Virus record (IMG/VR): IMGVR_UViG_3300032287_004484
Location: 186,001-250,000 of that record
Direction: 5' to 3' (one strand)
DNA length: 64,000 bases
The position numbers and the translations under genes were made by a program. A model generated the notes under the pieces. That model made no database searches. It had not been told where the DNA came from and worked only from the letters and a program-made list of their open reading frames with translations. Within the stretch, counting starts at the first letter, position 1; each line of letters opens with the position of its first letter. Below, in pieces: positions 50,507 to 59,872 of the stretch.

Positions 50507-50737
50507 ATGATAAAACCAAAAGAAATTAGAAAAGAAGAAATAGACCTCAAGGGTTCTCAAGGTAATGCTTTTTATATTATTGGAGCAGGAAAGAATCTTC
50601 ATAGAGATCTTACAAGAGGAGGAATAGAGTTGCCTCCTTGGGAAGAAATAAGAAAAGACATGACGAGTTCAGATTATAATCACTTAACACGAGTTTTTGA
50701 TAAGTATTTTGGCGATTATGTTGATTTAGTTTATTAA
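50507..50737 (+). CDS. conserved phage hypothetical protein
   Basis: IDLKGSQGNAFYIIG...MTSSDYNHL..VFDKYFG. Confidence 0.75.
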   Translation: MIKPKEIRKEEIDLKGSQGNAFYIIGAGKNLHRDLTRGGIELPPWEEIRKDMTSSDYNHLTRVFDKYFGDYVDLVY

Positions 50738-50747
50738 AAAATATAAA

Positions 50748-50791
50748 GTTTTAATGTTTGAGTAATTGAATTTTTACTTAAACATTAAAAC
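50748..50791. repeat. 18-bp inverted repeat (terminator and/or operator over a -35)
   Basis: gttttaatgtttgagtaa-8 nt-ttacttaaacattaaaac, one G-T mismatch. Confidence 0.75.
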
Positions 50792-50812
50792 AACTTGGTA
50801 TATAATAATAAT

Positions 50813-51796
50813 ATGGGTGGAAAAGCTATTATTCCTATAATAGGGAAAGAAGCAAAAAGGTTTGATATAAATATTAGAAATAATATAATATCAAACCTTT
50901 CAATTATTGACGATTTAGTTCCTGTAAGAGAAATTAAAGAGAAAAAAGATTTTGGAGACATAGATTTTTTATGTTATTCTGAATTAAAAAGAGAAGAAAA
51001 AAATAATCAAATAATCGTTGAAATTGAAAAAAATAATTATTCATTTCAAGGTAAAATTACTAACGATAATGTTTTTTCTTTAGCTTTTAGTGACTATCAA
51101 ATAGATATTATTTTTATTTCAAAACAACATCTTAATACGAGTTATTATTATTTTGCTGATAACGATAGAGGAAACCTAATAGGATCTATTTACCATGCTC
51201 TTAATTTTAATTATGGACATCAGGGTTTATATCTAAAATTAGATAATACTAAAATCCTTTTATCGAATGATACTGAATCTATTCTTAATTTCTTAGGTTG
51301 TGGTAATGTTTTTATTAAAAAGATTTTAAGTGACGGTTTTGATACTTTTGAAGAGATGTATAAACATATAACTGAAATACCCTATTTTAGTTCTCAATAT
51401 TTTCAATTTGAAAACCTTAATAATAAGAATAGGTCACGTAATTCTAAAAGAAATACTTATAATAATTTTTTACATTATTTAAAAGATAAAACTTTTAGTG
51501 ATCCTACTCCTAATATTGAATACATGAAATATAAATCTTTATCATACTTTAATAAAGAAAAAGAGTATGTTTCTTTGTTAAAAGAACAAGAGAAAAATAA
51601 GATTATACGAAAAATGATTTCTGGTGATTTATTTTTTAATATCACTGGATTAAAAGAAAAAAAATTAGGTGAATTTATTATTTTCTTTAAAGAGAGAAAT
51701 AAATCAATAATTGAAAATATAGAAACTTATAATATAGAATATTTTGAGGAAAAAATAAAAAATGAATACGATATTTTTATCAATAATCAAAGGTAA
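50813..51796 (+). CDS. putative Pol beta-superfamily nucleotidyltransferase
   Basis: KKDFGDIDFL motif, later QIDII; start reset to MGGKAII. Confidence 0.55.
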   Translation: MGGKAIIPIIGKEAKRFDINIRNNIISNLSIIDDLVPVREIKEKKDFGDIDFLCYSELKREEKNNQIIVEIEKNNYSFQGKITNDNVFSLAFSDYQIDIIFISKQHLNTSYYYFADNDRGNLIGSIYHALNFNYGHQGLYLKLDNTKILLSNDTESILNFLGCGNVFIKKILSDGFDTFEEMYKHITEIPYFSSQYFQFENLNNKNRSRNSKRNTYNNFLHYLKDKTFSDPTPNIEYMKYKSLSYFNKEKEYVSLLKEQEKNKIIRKMISGDLFFNITGLKEKKLGEFIIFFKERNKSIIENIETYNIEYFEEKIKNEYDIFINNQR

Positions 51797-51800
51797 ATTA

Positions 51801-51905
51801 ATGCTAAGCGATTTGTTTTCTTTTGTAACCTTTGCTTTAACAGCAACTTTACTTTTAACTTTTTTTTATTATGCTTTTATAAATAAAAACATTGAAGACG
51901 AATAG
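51801..51905 (+). CDS. 34-aa single-TM peptide (absent from ORF track)
   Basis: MLSDLFSFVTFALTATLLLTFFYYAFINKNIEDE; fills the intergenic gap exactly. Confidence 0.45.
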   Translation: MLSDLFSFVTFALTATLLLTFFYYAFINKNIEDE

Positions 51906-52259
51906 ATGAACTTATATGTTCAAAAACCATGTGAAGCAATTCAATTAAATAAAGAAACCGTTCAAAAAATCATAGAAATATTTCCAGAAGAAAAATTTGT
52001 GTTTTTTGGTATTGAAATAATTAATGGGATTCAACAAAAAGTGTTTGATGATAATTTATCTAAGTTTAATCACGTAGGTGGATTTTTTTATCATAAAAAA
52101 GAAGTTAAGGTAATTTTTGAAAGTGAATGGATAATTAAAAGAAAAGATATATTTGAAATAGTCAATGATAATTATTTTAAAAGTAATTTTGTTCAAATAC
52201 CATTTATTGATTTACCAGATAAGCTAAAGGAGGAAGTTAATAATGTCACTATTAGATAA
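51906..52259 (+). CDS. hypothetical protein
   Basis: KPCEAIQL N-terminus common in phage ORFs. Confidence 0.6.
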   Translation: MNLYVQKPCEAIQLNKETVQKIIEIFPEEKFVFFGIEIINGIQQKVFDDNLSKFNHVGGFFYHKKEVKVIFESEWIIKRKDIFEIVNDNYFKSNFVQIPFIDLPDKLKEEVNNVTIR

Positions 52260-52956
52260 AGAATACGAAGATAATATTAATGATTTTAATAACAATGGTC
52301 TTTTTTTAAACGATGATTATTTAGATAAGTCGTTTAATTTCAAATCTGTTTTAGATGAGTTTTTACTTCTCAATAAAATAACTGATTCGTTTTTTAATGA
52401 AGTATATAAAAATGGTTTTTCTGACATTTTATATTTTGAAACAGAAAATAATTTTAATTATTCTATTGATGAAATAAACGATTTAGAAGAAAATTTAAAA
52501 GATATCGCAGAATTTAATTTTAATAAATATAATAAAATTTTAGATTACATGATTTTAAAAAGCACAGATGTAGAATCTGAATTTTATGGTTCTATAATAC
52601 ATTTTACTTTTAATATTTTTGATCAAATAAAAAGAAGTTTATTATTATTTAAAAAAGTAAAAGAAAAATGGAAAAATGAATATAAGGCAACTTATAAAAC
52701 TTTTAAAGATTTTAAAAATAGCAATGAATTTGAAAATATATTAATAAACATAGCAACAGAAGAACAGTTAAAAACAAAAGAAGAAGATTTTCATAGTTTT
52801 TTAATATTTACATCAATTAATAGTGATTTCTTATTGAAAGAATTATATAATCGTGATGCAAATAAATTTTTATTTGACGATAACAAAGTTTTTTTTAAGA
52901 ATAATGGTATTTCTTTATTGAAAGATATATCTAGTAGAATTATATCTTATAATTAA
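52243..52956 (+). CDS. hypothetical protein
   Basis: 237-aa ORF, GAGG SD. Confidence 0.6.
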   Translation: MSLLDKEYEDNINDFNNNGLFLNDDYLDKSFNFKSVLDEFLLLNKITDSFFNEVYKNGFSDILYFETENNFNYSIDEINDLEENLKDIAEFNFNKYNKILDYMILKSTDVESEFYGSIIHFTFNIFDQIKRSLLLFKKVKEKWKNEYKATYKTFKDFKNSNEFENILINIATEEQLKTKEEDFHSFLIFTSINSDFLLKELYNRDANKFLFDDNKVFFKNNGISLLKDISSRIISYN

Positions 52957-52959
52957 ATT

Positions 52960-53292
52960 ATGGAAAATAATTACAATGATAAAGCAAATTTTTTAATTGA
53001 AAAATTTGATGATTACCAAAAAAAATCAAATATTAATGAAATAAAAGACCAAAAAGTTAAATTAAGTTATTATAGTTTGTTTTTTGATTTATATCCAGAA
53101 TTATTTAATCAAAATTTTAATTTTACATATTTAGATGAAATTAAAGTTTTAATAAATAAGGAAATAAATACTTTTATGGTTTATTTTTCTGACAAAGGAA
53201 TAATTAAGAAGATTATTTTTGATACTCCACATTACAGTATTATCAATCATAATTTCCCGATTAATAACTGGGAACTTCTAAAAATTAGATAA
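52960..53292 (+). CDS. hypothetical protein
   Basis: 110-aa ORF. Confidence 0.55.
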   Translation: MENNYNDKANFLIEKFDDYQKKSNINEIKDQKVKLSYYSLFFDLYPELFNQNFNFTYLDEIKVLINKEINTFMVYFSDKGIIKKIIFDTPHYSIINHNFPINNWELLKIR

Positions 53293-53300
53293 AAAAATAT

Positions 53301-53792
53301 ATGGAAAGAATTTTAATCATATTGATACCCCTATTGCTAAATGTTTTTGCATTTTGTTATCACCCAGAAAAAATAGAAAAAAGACAAGATAATATTTATC
53401 CAGTTCGTGATGTAAGAATATCTTCTGGTTTTGGAAAAAGAAAAGGTAATTTTCATTGGGGAATAGATTTTTCTGCTCCTTATGGAACACCAATAATTTC
53501 ACCTATAGATATGAAAATATTTAAAGTAGGAAGAAATGAAAATCATGGTCTTTATATAATTGGAAAAGATTATGATAATTTTTATTATCTTTTTGCTCAC
53601 CTTAGTAAAGTTGATTTTAATGAATCTAAAGAAATTAAACAAGGTGAAATTATAGGTTACATTGGAAATACTGGACTTTCTTTTGGACCTCATTTACATT
53701 ATGAAATATCTTTTAATGGAGTTAATTTTAATCCTACTAATTTTACTAAAAAAAATTTTAAAATTAGACATTTAGAAGATGAATTTTATTAA
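53301..53792 (+). CDS. M23-family peptidoglycan endopeptidase with signal/anchor peptide
   Basis: HWGID (HxxxD), FAHL, GNTGLSFGPHLHYEI (HxH). Confidence 0.92.
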   Translation: MERILIILIPLLLNVFAFCYHPEKIEKRQDNIYPVRDVRISSGFGKRKGNFHWGIDFSAPYGTPIISPIDMKIFKVGRNENHGLYIIGKDYDNFYYLFAHLSKVDFNESKEIKQGEIIGYIGNTGLSFGPHLHYEISFNGVNFNPTNFTKKNFKIRHLEDEFY

Positions 53793-53832
53793 TATTTCTT
53801 AAATATATTTTATATAAATTAAGGAATATAAG

Positions 53833-54171
53833 ATGACTAGAGATCACTCGTTTCAATCACAAATTGATTTAATTTTTGATTCTATGGATTGGAACAATAT
53901 AGAAAAAATCTTTCATGTTTGTGATTATAAATATATGAAAAATTTACATGAAGAATATAATCCTGAAATAGAAGATTTAAAAGAAATGAGTTATCATCTT
54001 TTAAAGGATTGCTATAATCTAGGTAAAAAGAAAAATATTAATATGATTATAGCAAGTGGAAGATTTGAAGCATCTTGGAATAATACAGATGAAACGTTGT
54101 GTTTGAAATTTATACCCGAAGAAAAAGAAATAATGTTAGATGAAAAAAATGAATCTATATATGTAACTTAA
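53833..54171 (+). CDS. hypothetical protein
   Basis: 112-aa ORF with AAGGA SD. Confidence 0.65.
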   Translation: MTRDHSFQSQIDLIFDSMDWNNIEKIFHVCDYKYMKNLHEEYNPEIEDLKEMSYHLLKDCYNLGKKKNINMIIASGRFEASWNNTDETLCLKFIPEEKEIMLDEKNESIYVT

Positions 54172-54482
54172 ATTAAAGATTCTGATTTTATATTAATTGT
54201 AGGATATTTTAATTTAGAATTTATTTTAGATTCTAAAACAGATTTTTCTAAACACGTTCTTAAAGATAAAAGATATGTTATTTTATGGACTTCTAATTCA
54301 ACGTATTCATCGTCGTGATTATAAAGATATTCTTCTATATCCATTTCAAGTTTTTCACAATAATTGATAGCATTTTTATGAATAAAATTAACTAACTGAT
54401 CTTTATTAAGATCAGTTTTAATTTTATAAAAAATAACATCGTTTGAATTATCAAGTGAATCTATATAGTAGAAGTTTTTCAT
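54168..54482 (-). CDS. hypothetical protein, tandem paralogue of 54479-54805
   Basis: FYY.D....FYKI.TDL...YL.SL.T.L.K....SKL. Confidence 0.65.
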   Translation of the reverse strand: MKNFYYIDSLDNSNDVIFYKIKTDLNKDQLVNFIHKNAINYCEKLEMDIEEYLYNHDDEYVELEVHKITYLLSLRTCLEKSVLESKINSKLKYPTINIKSESLI

Positions 54483-54805
54483 TCTAAATCCTCTTTGTTT
54501 ATTTCCATATTTATAAAATCAAGTTTAGAAGTTAAACGTTCTTCAGATCTAAATTTACTTAGAAAAGTTTGAAGTGAAAAAACATAATTAAAATTTCCAG
54601 CATCAACATCAAAAGTAAAATAATCTGGATTTTCACATTGACCTTCACTGAAATAAGATTCTTTAATTCCTAATCTATTGGCTTCTATTTTTGCTTGCTT
54701 TTTTAAAAGTGATCTTAAACTTTTCAAAGATAAATCTGTTTCTATTTTATAAAAAACAGGTAACTCTCTTATTACGTCTAAATAGTAAAAAGTATTTTTT
54801 TTCAT
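54479..54805 (-). CDS. hypothetical protein, tandem paralogue of 54168-54482
   Basis: Start reset to MKKNTFY behind GAGG. Confidence 0.65.
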   Translation of the reverse strand: MKKNTFYYLDVIRELPVFYKIETDLSLKSLRSLLKKQAKIEANRLGIKESYFSEGQCENPDYFTFDVDAGNFNYVFSLQTFLSKFRSEERLTSKLDFINMEINKEDLE

Positions 54806-54822
54806 AGTTTTATCCTCTTTTT

Positions 54823-55140
54823 TTAAATCATCCATTGTAATAATTTTTTTTCATCATACTTATTATTCTTTTTTAAAAATTCTATATAATCATCTTTATA
54901 TTGAGATTTAAAAATAGTATGATGACCTTTTTCAAAAATATCTTCTAATATATTAATAGCATAAAAATAAGATACGTATGCATCTTTAGAAATAACTTCT
55001 TCTCCTTCATCCCAAGCTCCTTTAATCATATACATAGCATAATAAAAAGATTGCTCAGCATCAGTAGCAATAATTTTTTCTAGTTCTGTTATTCTTTTAT
55101 CCATAGATAAACTTTTATGTAAAGCTTCAATAGGTGTCAT
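54823..55140 (-). CDS. alpha-helical repeat protein with C-terminal tag (LLQWMI)
   Basis: SFYYAMYMIKGAWDEGEEVI, SYFYAINIL. Confidence 0.7.
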   Translation of the reverse strand: MTPIEALHKSLSMDKRITELEKIIATDAEQSFYYAMYMIKGAWDEGEEVISKDAYVSYFYAINILEDIFEKGHHTIFKSQYKDDYIEFLKKNNKYDEKKLLQWMI

Positions 55141-55421
55141 ATTAGGTGTTCTATTAATTTTAATTGATTTAAAACACTTTTTAATCTTCTAAAGACAAGA
55201 TTATTTTCTTTTATTATAAAATATTGTTCTTGATTGATTAATAATTTAAAATCCCAATTAATATCATTTAATAATTTATGATTATTAGAAATGATATTTT
55301 GTCCATTCTCAAAATAAATTTCTGTTTCAGTATTTTCCTGATTTACAAGAACATAATTTTTTATTAAGCAATCTGAATCTAAATAACTTTTTGATGTTTT
55401 TATACAAAGAAAATAATTCAT
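55137..55421 (-). CDS. small protein with C-terminal tag (LIEHLI)
   Basis: ATGA-coupled. Confidence 0.65.
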   Translation of the reverse strand: MNYFLCIKTSKSYLDSDCLIKNYVLVNQENTETEIYFENGQNIISNNHKLLNDINWDFKLLINQEQYFIIKENNLVFRRLKSVLNQLKLIEHLI

Positions 55422-55741
55422 ATCACCCATTCATGTAGATTAAATTTACCTAAAAAATCAACTTTATTTTTATTTAAAACATCTTCTTTAAAATTTAGTT
55501 TTAAAAGTTCTTCAAAAAGATCTTTATTATTTATCTTTATAGAAAGATTAAATTTAATTTTCAATTCATATTTAAAATCATTTTGGTTCTTGGTTTTCTC
55601 TTGTTTAGAATCTGAAAAATAAGAATATCCATTATAAACTAGATAATTTTCTTTATCAACATAATGATATAAAACGCAGGTAATAATTTTATCGTTAAAT
55701 AAATTAAGACACAAATAAGCGTTTATTTTATTTTTATTCAT
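55418..55741 (-). CDS. small protein with C-terminal tag (LHEWVI)
   Basis: First gene after promoter 55748-55788. Confidence 0.65.
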   Translation of the reverse strand: MNKNKINAYLCLNLFNDKIITCVLYHYVDKENYLVYNGYSYFSDSKQEKTKNQNDFKYELKIKFNLSIKINNKDLFEELLKLNFKEDVLNKNKVDFLGKFNLHEWVI

Positions 55742-55747
55742 ATTACA

Positions 55748-55788
55748 ATTATATATAAGAATAGTAATAGTGACTAAACCTAAAAAAA
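55748..55788 (-). promoter_or_regulatory. conserved phage promoter (divergent pair, left)
   Basis: TTTTAGGTT-TAGTCA-17 bp-TATAAT. Confidence 0.75.
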
Positions 55789-55820
55789 AGACATTTATAA
55801 ACTACCCGTACTGGATATTT

Positions 55821-55858
55821 TTTTAGGTTTAAACACTAATAGAGTAAATAAGTATAGT
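55821..55858 (+). promoter_or_regulatory. conserved phage promoter (divergent pair, right)
   Basis: TTTTAGGTT-TAAACA-17 bp-TATAGT. Confidence 0.75.
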
Positions 55859-55916
55859 ATTATATTAGAAATTTTTATTTATTAAGTAGAAATTTAATTT
55901 TAACAAGGAGAAAAAA

Positions 55917-57074
55917 ATGAGGAATTTAGAAAAAATATTAGACCTTTGTCAAAAATCCGACAATTCAGTCTTATTAAAGGGACCTCACGGAATAGGGAAG
56001 AGTGAAAGAGTAGAAGCATTCGCAAAAGAAAAAGGTTATCATTGCGAAATTTTATTTCTTTCTCACCAAGAAACTGGAGATTTAATTGGTATTCCATATT
56101 TAGAAAATGGAAATACCGTATGGAGTACACCAATCTGGTTACAAAGAATTTATGATGCTTCTAAGAATGGAAAAACGTGTGTATTATTCTTAGATGAATT
56201 AAACAGAGCAAGATTAGATGTTAGACAATCTGCTTTACAGTTAGTATTATCTAAGCAAATTCACCAGCACGTACTTCCAAAAGATTCTTTAGTAGTAGCA
56301 GCAGTTAATCCAGAAGATGATTACCAAGTGTCTGAATTAGATCCAGCACTTTTAGATAGATTTGAAGCTATTGAATTGAAAGCAAACACTGAAGAGTGGA
56401 TTGAATGGGCTAGAAAAAAGTCAGTCAATGAAACAGTAGTTTCTTTTGTAGCAGATAATCCAGATAAATTGTGGTTCAAAACTAACAATGAAAATGAAAT
56501 CAACCATCCTACTCCAAGAAGCTGGGTAAAAGTATCTAATTTTCTAAAAGTTTTAGAACTTGAAAAAGAAGCAGATGAGGAAAAATTCTTTTTACTTCAA
56601 ACTTTTGTAAATGGAAAGATTGGTAGAAGCGTTGGTAATCAATTTTCTATTTATTGGAAAGAAAAACAAGCACTTTCTATGGAAAGTATTGAAAAAGCAA
56701 TTAAGAAAATTAAGAATAGGAAGAAAGAAAACATGGACGAAGCTATGGAGATACTAAAACCAGTTCTCTCTACTATCGAAGTCATAAAACTTTCTCTTAT
56801 TGGAGAGGACTTACTTAAAAAGTATATTCCAAAAACAGCTACTATTGCAACAATAGATAAAGCATTTGAAACCGCTTTTCCAGTTATGGCTTTTTTCTAT
56901 TCTTTAGAATTAGAAGTTTCACATTCTATTCTAAAAGGTCTTAAAGAAAAAGACGATGAAAATATGAAAGAATTATACGCTGGTTTAGCTCGTTGTGATT
57001 CAGCAGCTGCTGGAAAATTTAGAGAAAAAGAAATTTTCCGAAGGATTATAGATAAATTCGACAACAAGAAATAA
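55917..57074 (+). CDS. AAA+ ATPase (MoxR/dynein-related)
   Basis: GPHGIGKS, LFLDELNR, ALLDRF, PTPRSW. Confidence 0.9.
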   Translation: MRNLEKILDLCQKSDNSVLLKGPHGIGKSERVEAFAKEKGYHCEILFLSHQETGDLIGIPYLENGNTVWSTPIWLQRIYDASKNGKTCVLFLDELNRARLDVRQSALQLVLSKQIHQHVLPKDSLVVAAVNPEDDYQVSELDPALLDRFEAIELKANTEEWIEWARKKSVNETVVSFVADNPDKLWFKTNNENEINHPTPRSWVKVSNFLKVLELEKEADEEKFFLLQTFVNGKIGRSVGNQFSIYWKEKQALSMESIEKAIKKIKNRKKENMDEAMEILKPVLSTIEVIKLSLIGEDLLKKYIPKTATIATIDKAFETAFPVMAFFYSLELEVSHSILKGLKEKDDENMKELYAGLARCDSAAAGKFREKEIFRRIIDKFDNKK

Positions 57075-57150
57075 CTAATCCTTATTTCAATCTTCTTGGA
57101 AGCCACTACTTTTTTAGTGGCTCCTATTTTTTTTATTTTAAATGTTATTT

Positions 57151-57188
57151 TTTTAGGTTTAATCACTTGTAATTATTATTAGTATAAT
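57151..57188 (+). promoter_or_regulatory. conserved phage promoter
   Basis: TTTTAGGTT-TAATCA-17 bp-TATAAT. Confidence 0.75.
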
Positions 57189-57244
57189 TTATATTATGGA
57201 ACAAAAAATAATTGAAAATAGAAAATATTTAATAGGAGGATACT

Positions 57245-58504
57245 ATGGATAAAATCAACAAAGAAGTCTATGAAGAAACAATGGCTAATACTCTTTGGGG
57301 ACAAGAAAATCAATATGTATTTTATGGTCACATAATTGCAGCCACAAAAGTACATTTTGATAATACACTACCTGCACCTGCTGGGGTATATTTCGCAAAA
57401 AGTCAATTTAATTTAGTGATTAATTTAGAAAAGTTTTCTGAATACTCTCTAAAAGAAAGAAGATCAATATTAGTTCACGAAGCTTTACATATAATTCTTA
57501 ATCATATAGGTAGAGCAAAGAATAAAAGAAGATTTTGCTGGAATATATCAACAGATACTGCTTTAAATCAATTTATCAAGGATTTACCGCCAGACTGTAT
57601 GTTACCAGAAAAATTTGGATTAGAACCAAAATTATCTGCGGAGAATTATTATTCTTTTCTTAGAAAGAAAATTGACGATAAAGAAATTTCTTTCAAAGTA
57701 ATTTATGAAGACGGTTCTTCTGACGATAACAACAATGGAAATCCGCAGCAAGGCAATGGAAAGAAAATATCGAAAGTTATTATGAGGGTTAAATCTAAAA
57801 GTGGTGTCAAAGAATATGAAATTGACCCTCACGTAGCAGACGATCGTAACGAAGGTGAAGTAAATGAAGAATTAGTAAATCTTATGAGGGAGAAATTAAT
57901 TCAACATGCTGAGAATAAAAGTAGGGGATTGATACCATCTGATATTGCAGATGAAATTGAAAAACTTCGTTCTAAGAAAATTGATTGGAAAAAGCATATT
58001 CGTAATCAAGCTTCTAATTCTTCCATAGATGTAGAAGAGTCTATAAAAAGAAGAAATCGTAGATTTATGAATCGAGTAGAAATTAAAGGATTTATAAAAA
58101 CTTATTCTTCTAAAGGAGTAGTAATATTAGATACTTCTGGATCAGTTAGTAATGAATTTATTTCTAAAACTTTAGGAGAAATTGATAACTTATGTAAATC
58201 AACTAATTCTGAAGTCGAACTAATTCAGGTAGATGCTCAAGTACATAGTATTAAAAAATATACTCCTTCTAATAAGAAAGTAGGTATTGTTGGTAGAGGT
58301 GGTACTTATCTTTATCCAGCAATTGAACATATTAAAAATAAAAAAATTCGTTGTGACTATATAATAGTATTAACGGATGGAGAAATTGAAAATTCTTGGA
58401 AAGAAGTACCTCAACAAAATATATTCTTTCTTTTACCCAAAGATGGAAAATTAGCGTTAGATATTTCTAATTTCAAAAAAGCAAAAGTTTTTAATATAGA
58501 TTAA
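57245..58504 (+). CDS. putative metallopeptidase plus vWA domain protein (DUF2201-like)
   Basis: HEALH (HExxH), MIDAS DTSGS, GRGGT, LTDG; adjacent to its AAA+ partner. Confidence 0.88.
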   Translation: MDKINKEVYEETMANTLWGQENQYVFYGHIIAATKVHFDNTLPAPAGVYFAKSQFNLVINLEKFSEYSLKERRSILVHEALHIILNHIGRAKNKRRFCWNISTDTALNQFIKDLPPDCMLPEKFGLEPKLSAENYYSFLRKKIDDKEISFKVIYEDGSSDDNNNGNPQQGNGKKISKVIMRVKSKSGVKEYEIDPHVADDRNEGEVNEELVNLMREKLIQHAENKSRGLIPSDIADEIEKLRSKKIDWKKHIRNQASNSSIDVEESIKRRNRRFMNRVEIKGFIKTYSSKGVVILDTSGSVSNEFISKTLGEIDNLCKSTNSEVELIQVDAQVHSIKKYTPSNKKVGIVGRGGTYLYPAIEHIKNKKIRCDYIIVLTDGEIENSWKEVPQQNIFFLLPKDGKLALDISNFKKAKVFNID

Positions 58505-58514
58505 AAAAATAATT

Positions 58515-58548
58515 AATCTCTTTCTTTTTTAAGAAAGAGATTTTTTTT
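58515..58548 (+). terminator. intrinsic terminator
   Basis: aatctctttctt-tttt-aagaaagagatt plus T-run. Confidence 0.7.
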
Positions 58549-58591
58549 AATTATTTTTGATGATTTATTAAAAACAAAAAAGGATATAATA

Positions 58592-58882
58592 ATGAATCAA
58601 AAAGAATATACATTATCAATTAAAATAAATGATAATCAAAAAATAATAGGATTATCTGTATTTGACGCTAAAAACAATTTAAAATATACAGGTGAAAAAA
58701 TAATTAAAGATTATAGTTCAGACTTATCGTTTTATTTAGCAAATTTTCAAAGTGACCCACATCTAATTAATATAGATGAAAAAACTTTTAATCAATTTTT
58801 AAAAGCTGATTTTAGAGATATTAAAGATATGTTTTTAATTGATTTTTATAAAAAATATAATTTTGAAGAATTTATTTTATAA
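58592..58882 (+). CDS. small protein with C-terminal tag (FEEFIL)
   Basis: AAGGA SD. Confidence 0.65.
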   Translation: MNQKEYTLSIKINDNQKIIGLSVFDAKNNLKYTGEKIIKDYSSDLSFYLANFQSDPHLINIDEKTFNQFLKADFRDIKDMFLIDFYKKYNFEEFIL

Positions 58883-59155
58883 ACACCACTCCTCTAATCC
58901 ATTATAAATTAAAAACGTTTTTAAATCTATTTTTCTATAATCTTTTCTTTTTAAATTTAGAACTTTAAAAAATAAAACTTTATTTATTGGAACAAAAAAA
59001 TCTAAATTTAATTTAAAAAAAAGTAAATTTCCTTTCATTGAAAATTCGTTTGGATTATCTAAAAAAAAAATATCTCCTTTGTTTTTATCGTACACTCTAA
59101 TGGATGATATTTTTTCATTTTTTAAAGTAAAACCAAGGTAATAATTTTCTTTCAT
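58877..59155 (-). CDS. small protein with C-terminal tag (LEEWCL)
   Basis: Start reset to MKENYY; track start 59197 lies inside a promoter. Confidence 0.6.
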   Translation of the reverse strand: MKENYYLGFTLKNEKISSIRVYDKNKGDIFFLDNPNEFSMKGNLLFFKLNLDFFVPINKVLFFKVLNLKRKDYRKIDLKTFLIYNGLEEWCL

Positions 59156-59180
59156 GTGTTTTAATATATTAAGTGTTTTA

Positions 59181-59219
59181 TTTTTAGGTTTAAACACTTA
59201 TTATATATTATAGTATATT
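59181..59219 (+). promoter_or_regulatory. conserved phage promoter
   Basis: TTTTTAGGTT-TAAACA-17 bp-TATATT. Confidence 0.75.
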
Positions 59220-59255
59220 ATATTATTACAAATAATAAAATAAGGAGAAAGTAAT

Positions 59256-59687
59256 ATGGAAAGAAAAAAATTATTAAAAACATCCGTTGAATTTTCAAAT
59301 CTGCTTGGTATTGAACCGTTTAACTGTTCATGGGCTCAAAGATCAATAAACTTGATAAGTGAAAACTTTGATGATTTTAAAGAATTAAAATTAAATTATG
59401 GCGTAGTTGACGTTGAAAATGATAAAGAAGTATTTTTTAAAATCTCAAATATTTCTTTTGAAGAAGAAATAAACATGGTCAGTTTCGTATATGGTAGCGA
59501 AGGTCACGATAGTTTAACTTTAAAAGATTTAATTGGTTTTATTGAGCACCTAAGAAAAGAAAAACCTAATAGTTGGGGTTCTATTATTCTTAATTGTGAA
59601 AACTTATTTGTTATCAATAATTGTGTTATTATTGGTGATAAACTTTGTTTTTCTTTTAAACCAAATAGTACAGGAGTTTCAGTTTGA
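59256..59687 (+). CDS. hypothetical protein
   Basis: AAGGAG SD. Confidence 0.65.
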   Translation: MERKKLLKTSVEFSNLLGIEPFNCSWAQRSINLISENFDDFKELKLNYGVVDVENDKEVFFKISNISFEEEINMVSFVYGSEGHDSLTLKDLIGFIEHLRKEKPNSWGSIILNCENLFVINNCVIIGDKLCFSFKPNSTGVSV

Positions 59688-59872
59688 AGATAAGAATAAA
59701 TTTTGATTTTTTAAATGAAATGCTAAACAACGTAAAAAGTGTTTGGCATGAATTTAAAAAACTTGAAAAAGAAAATAGCCCGTCTTCTTGGATTAAAGAA
59801 GTAAACTTTGAGGAGGGAGCAGATGGTAAAAAATCTAATAGTTCTAGCAGCAGTTCTAGTGTTACTGAATAA
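59684..59872 (+). CDS. hypothetical protein
   Basis: TTG start with AGGAG SD. Confidence 0.45.
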   Translation: MKIRINFDFLNEMLNNVKSVWHEFKKLEKENSPSSWIKEVNFEEGADGKKSNSSSSSSSVTE

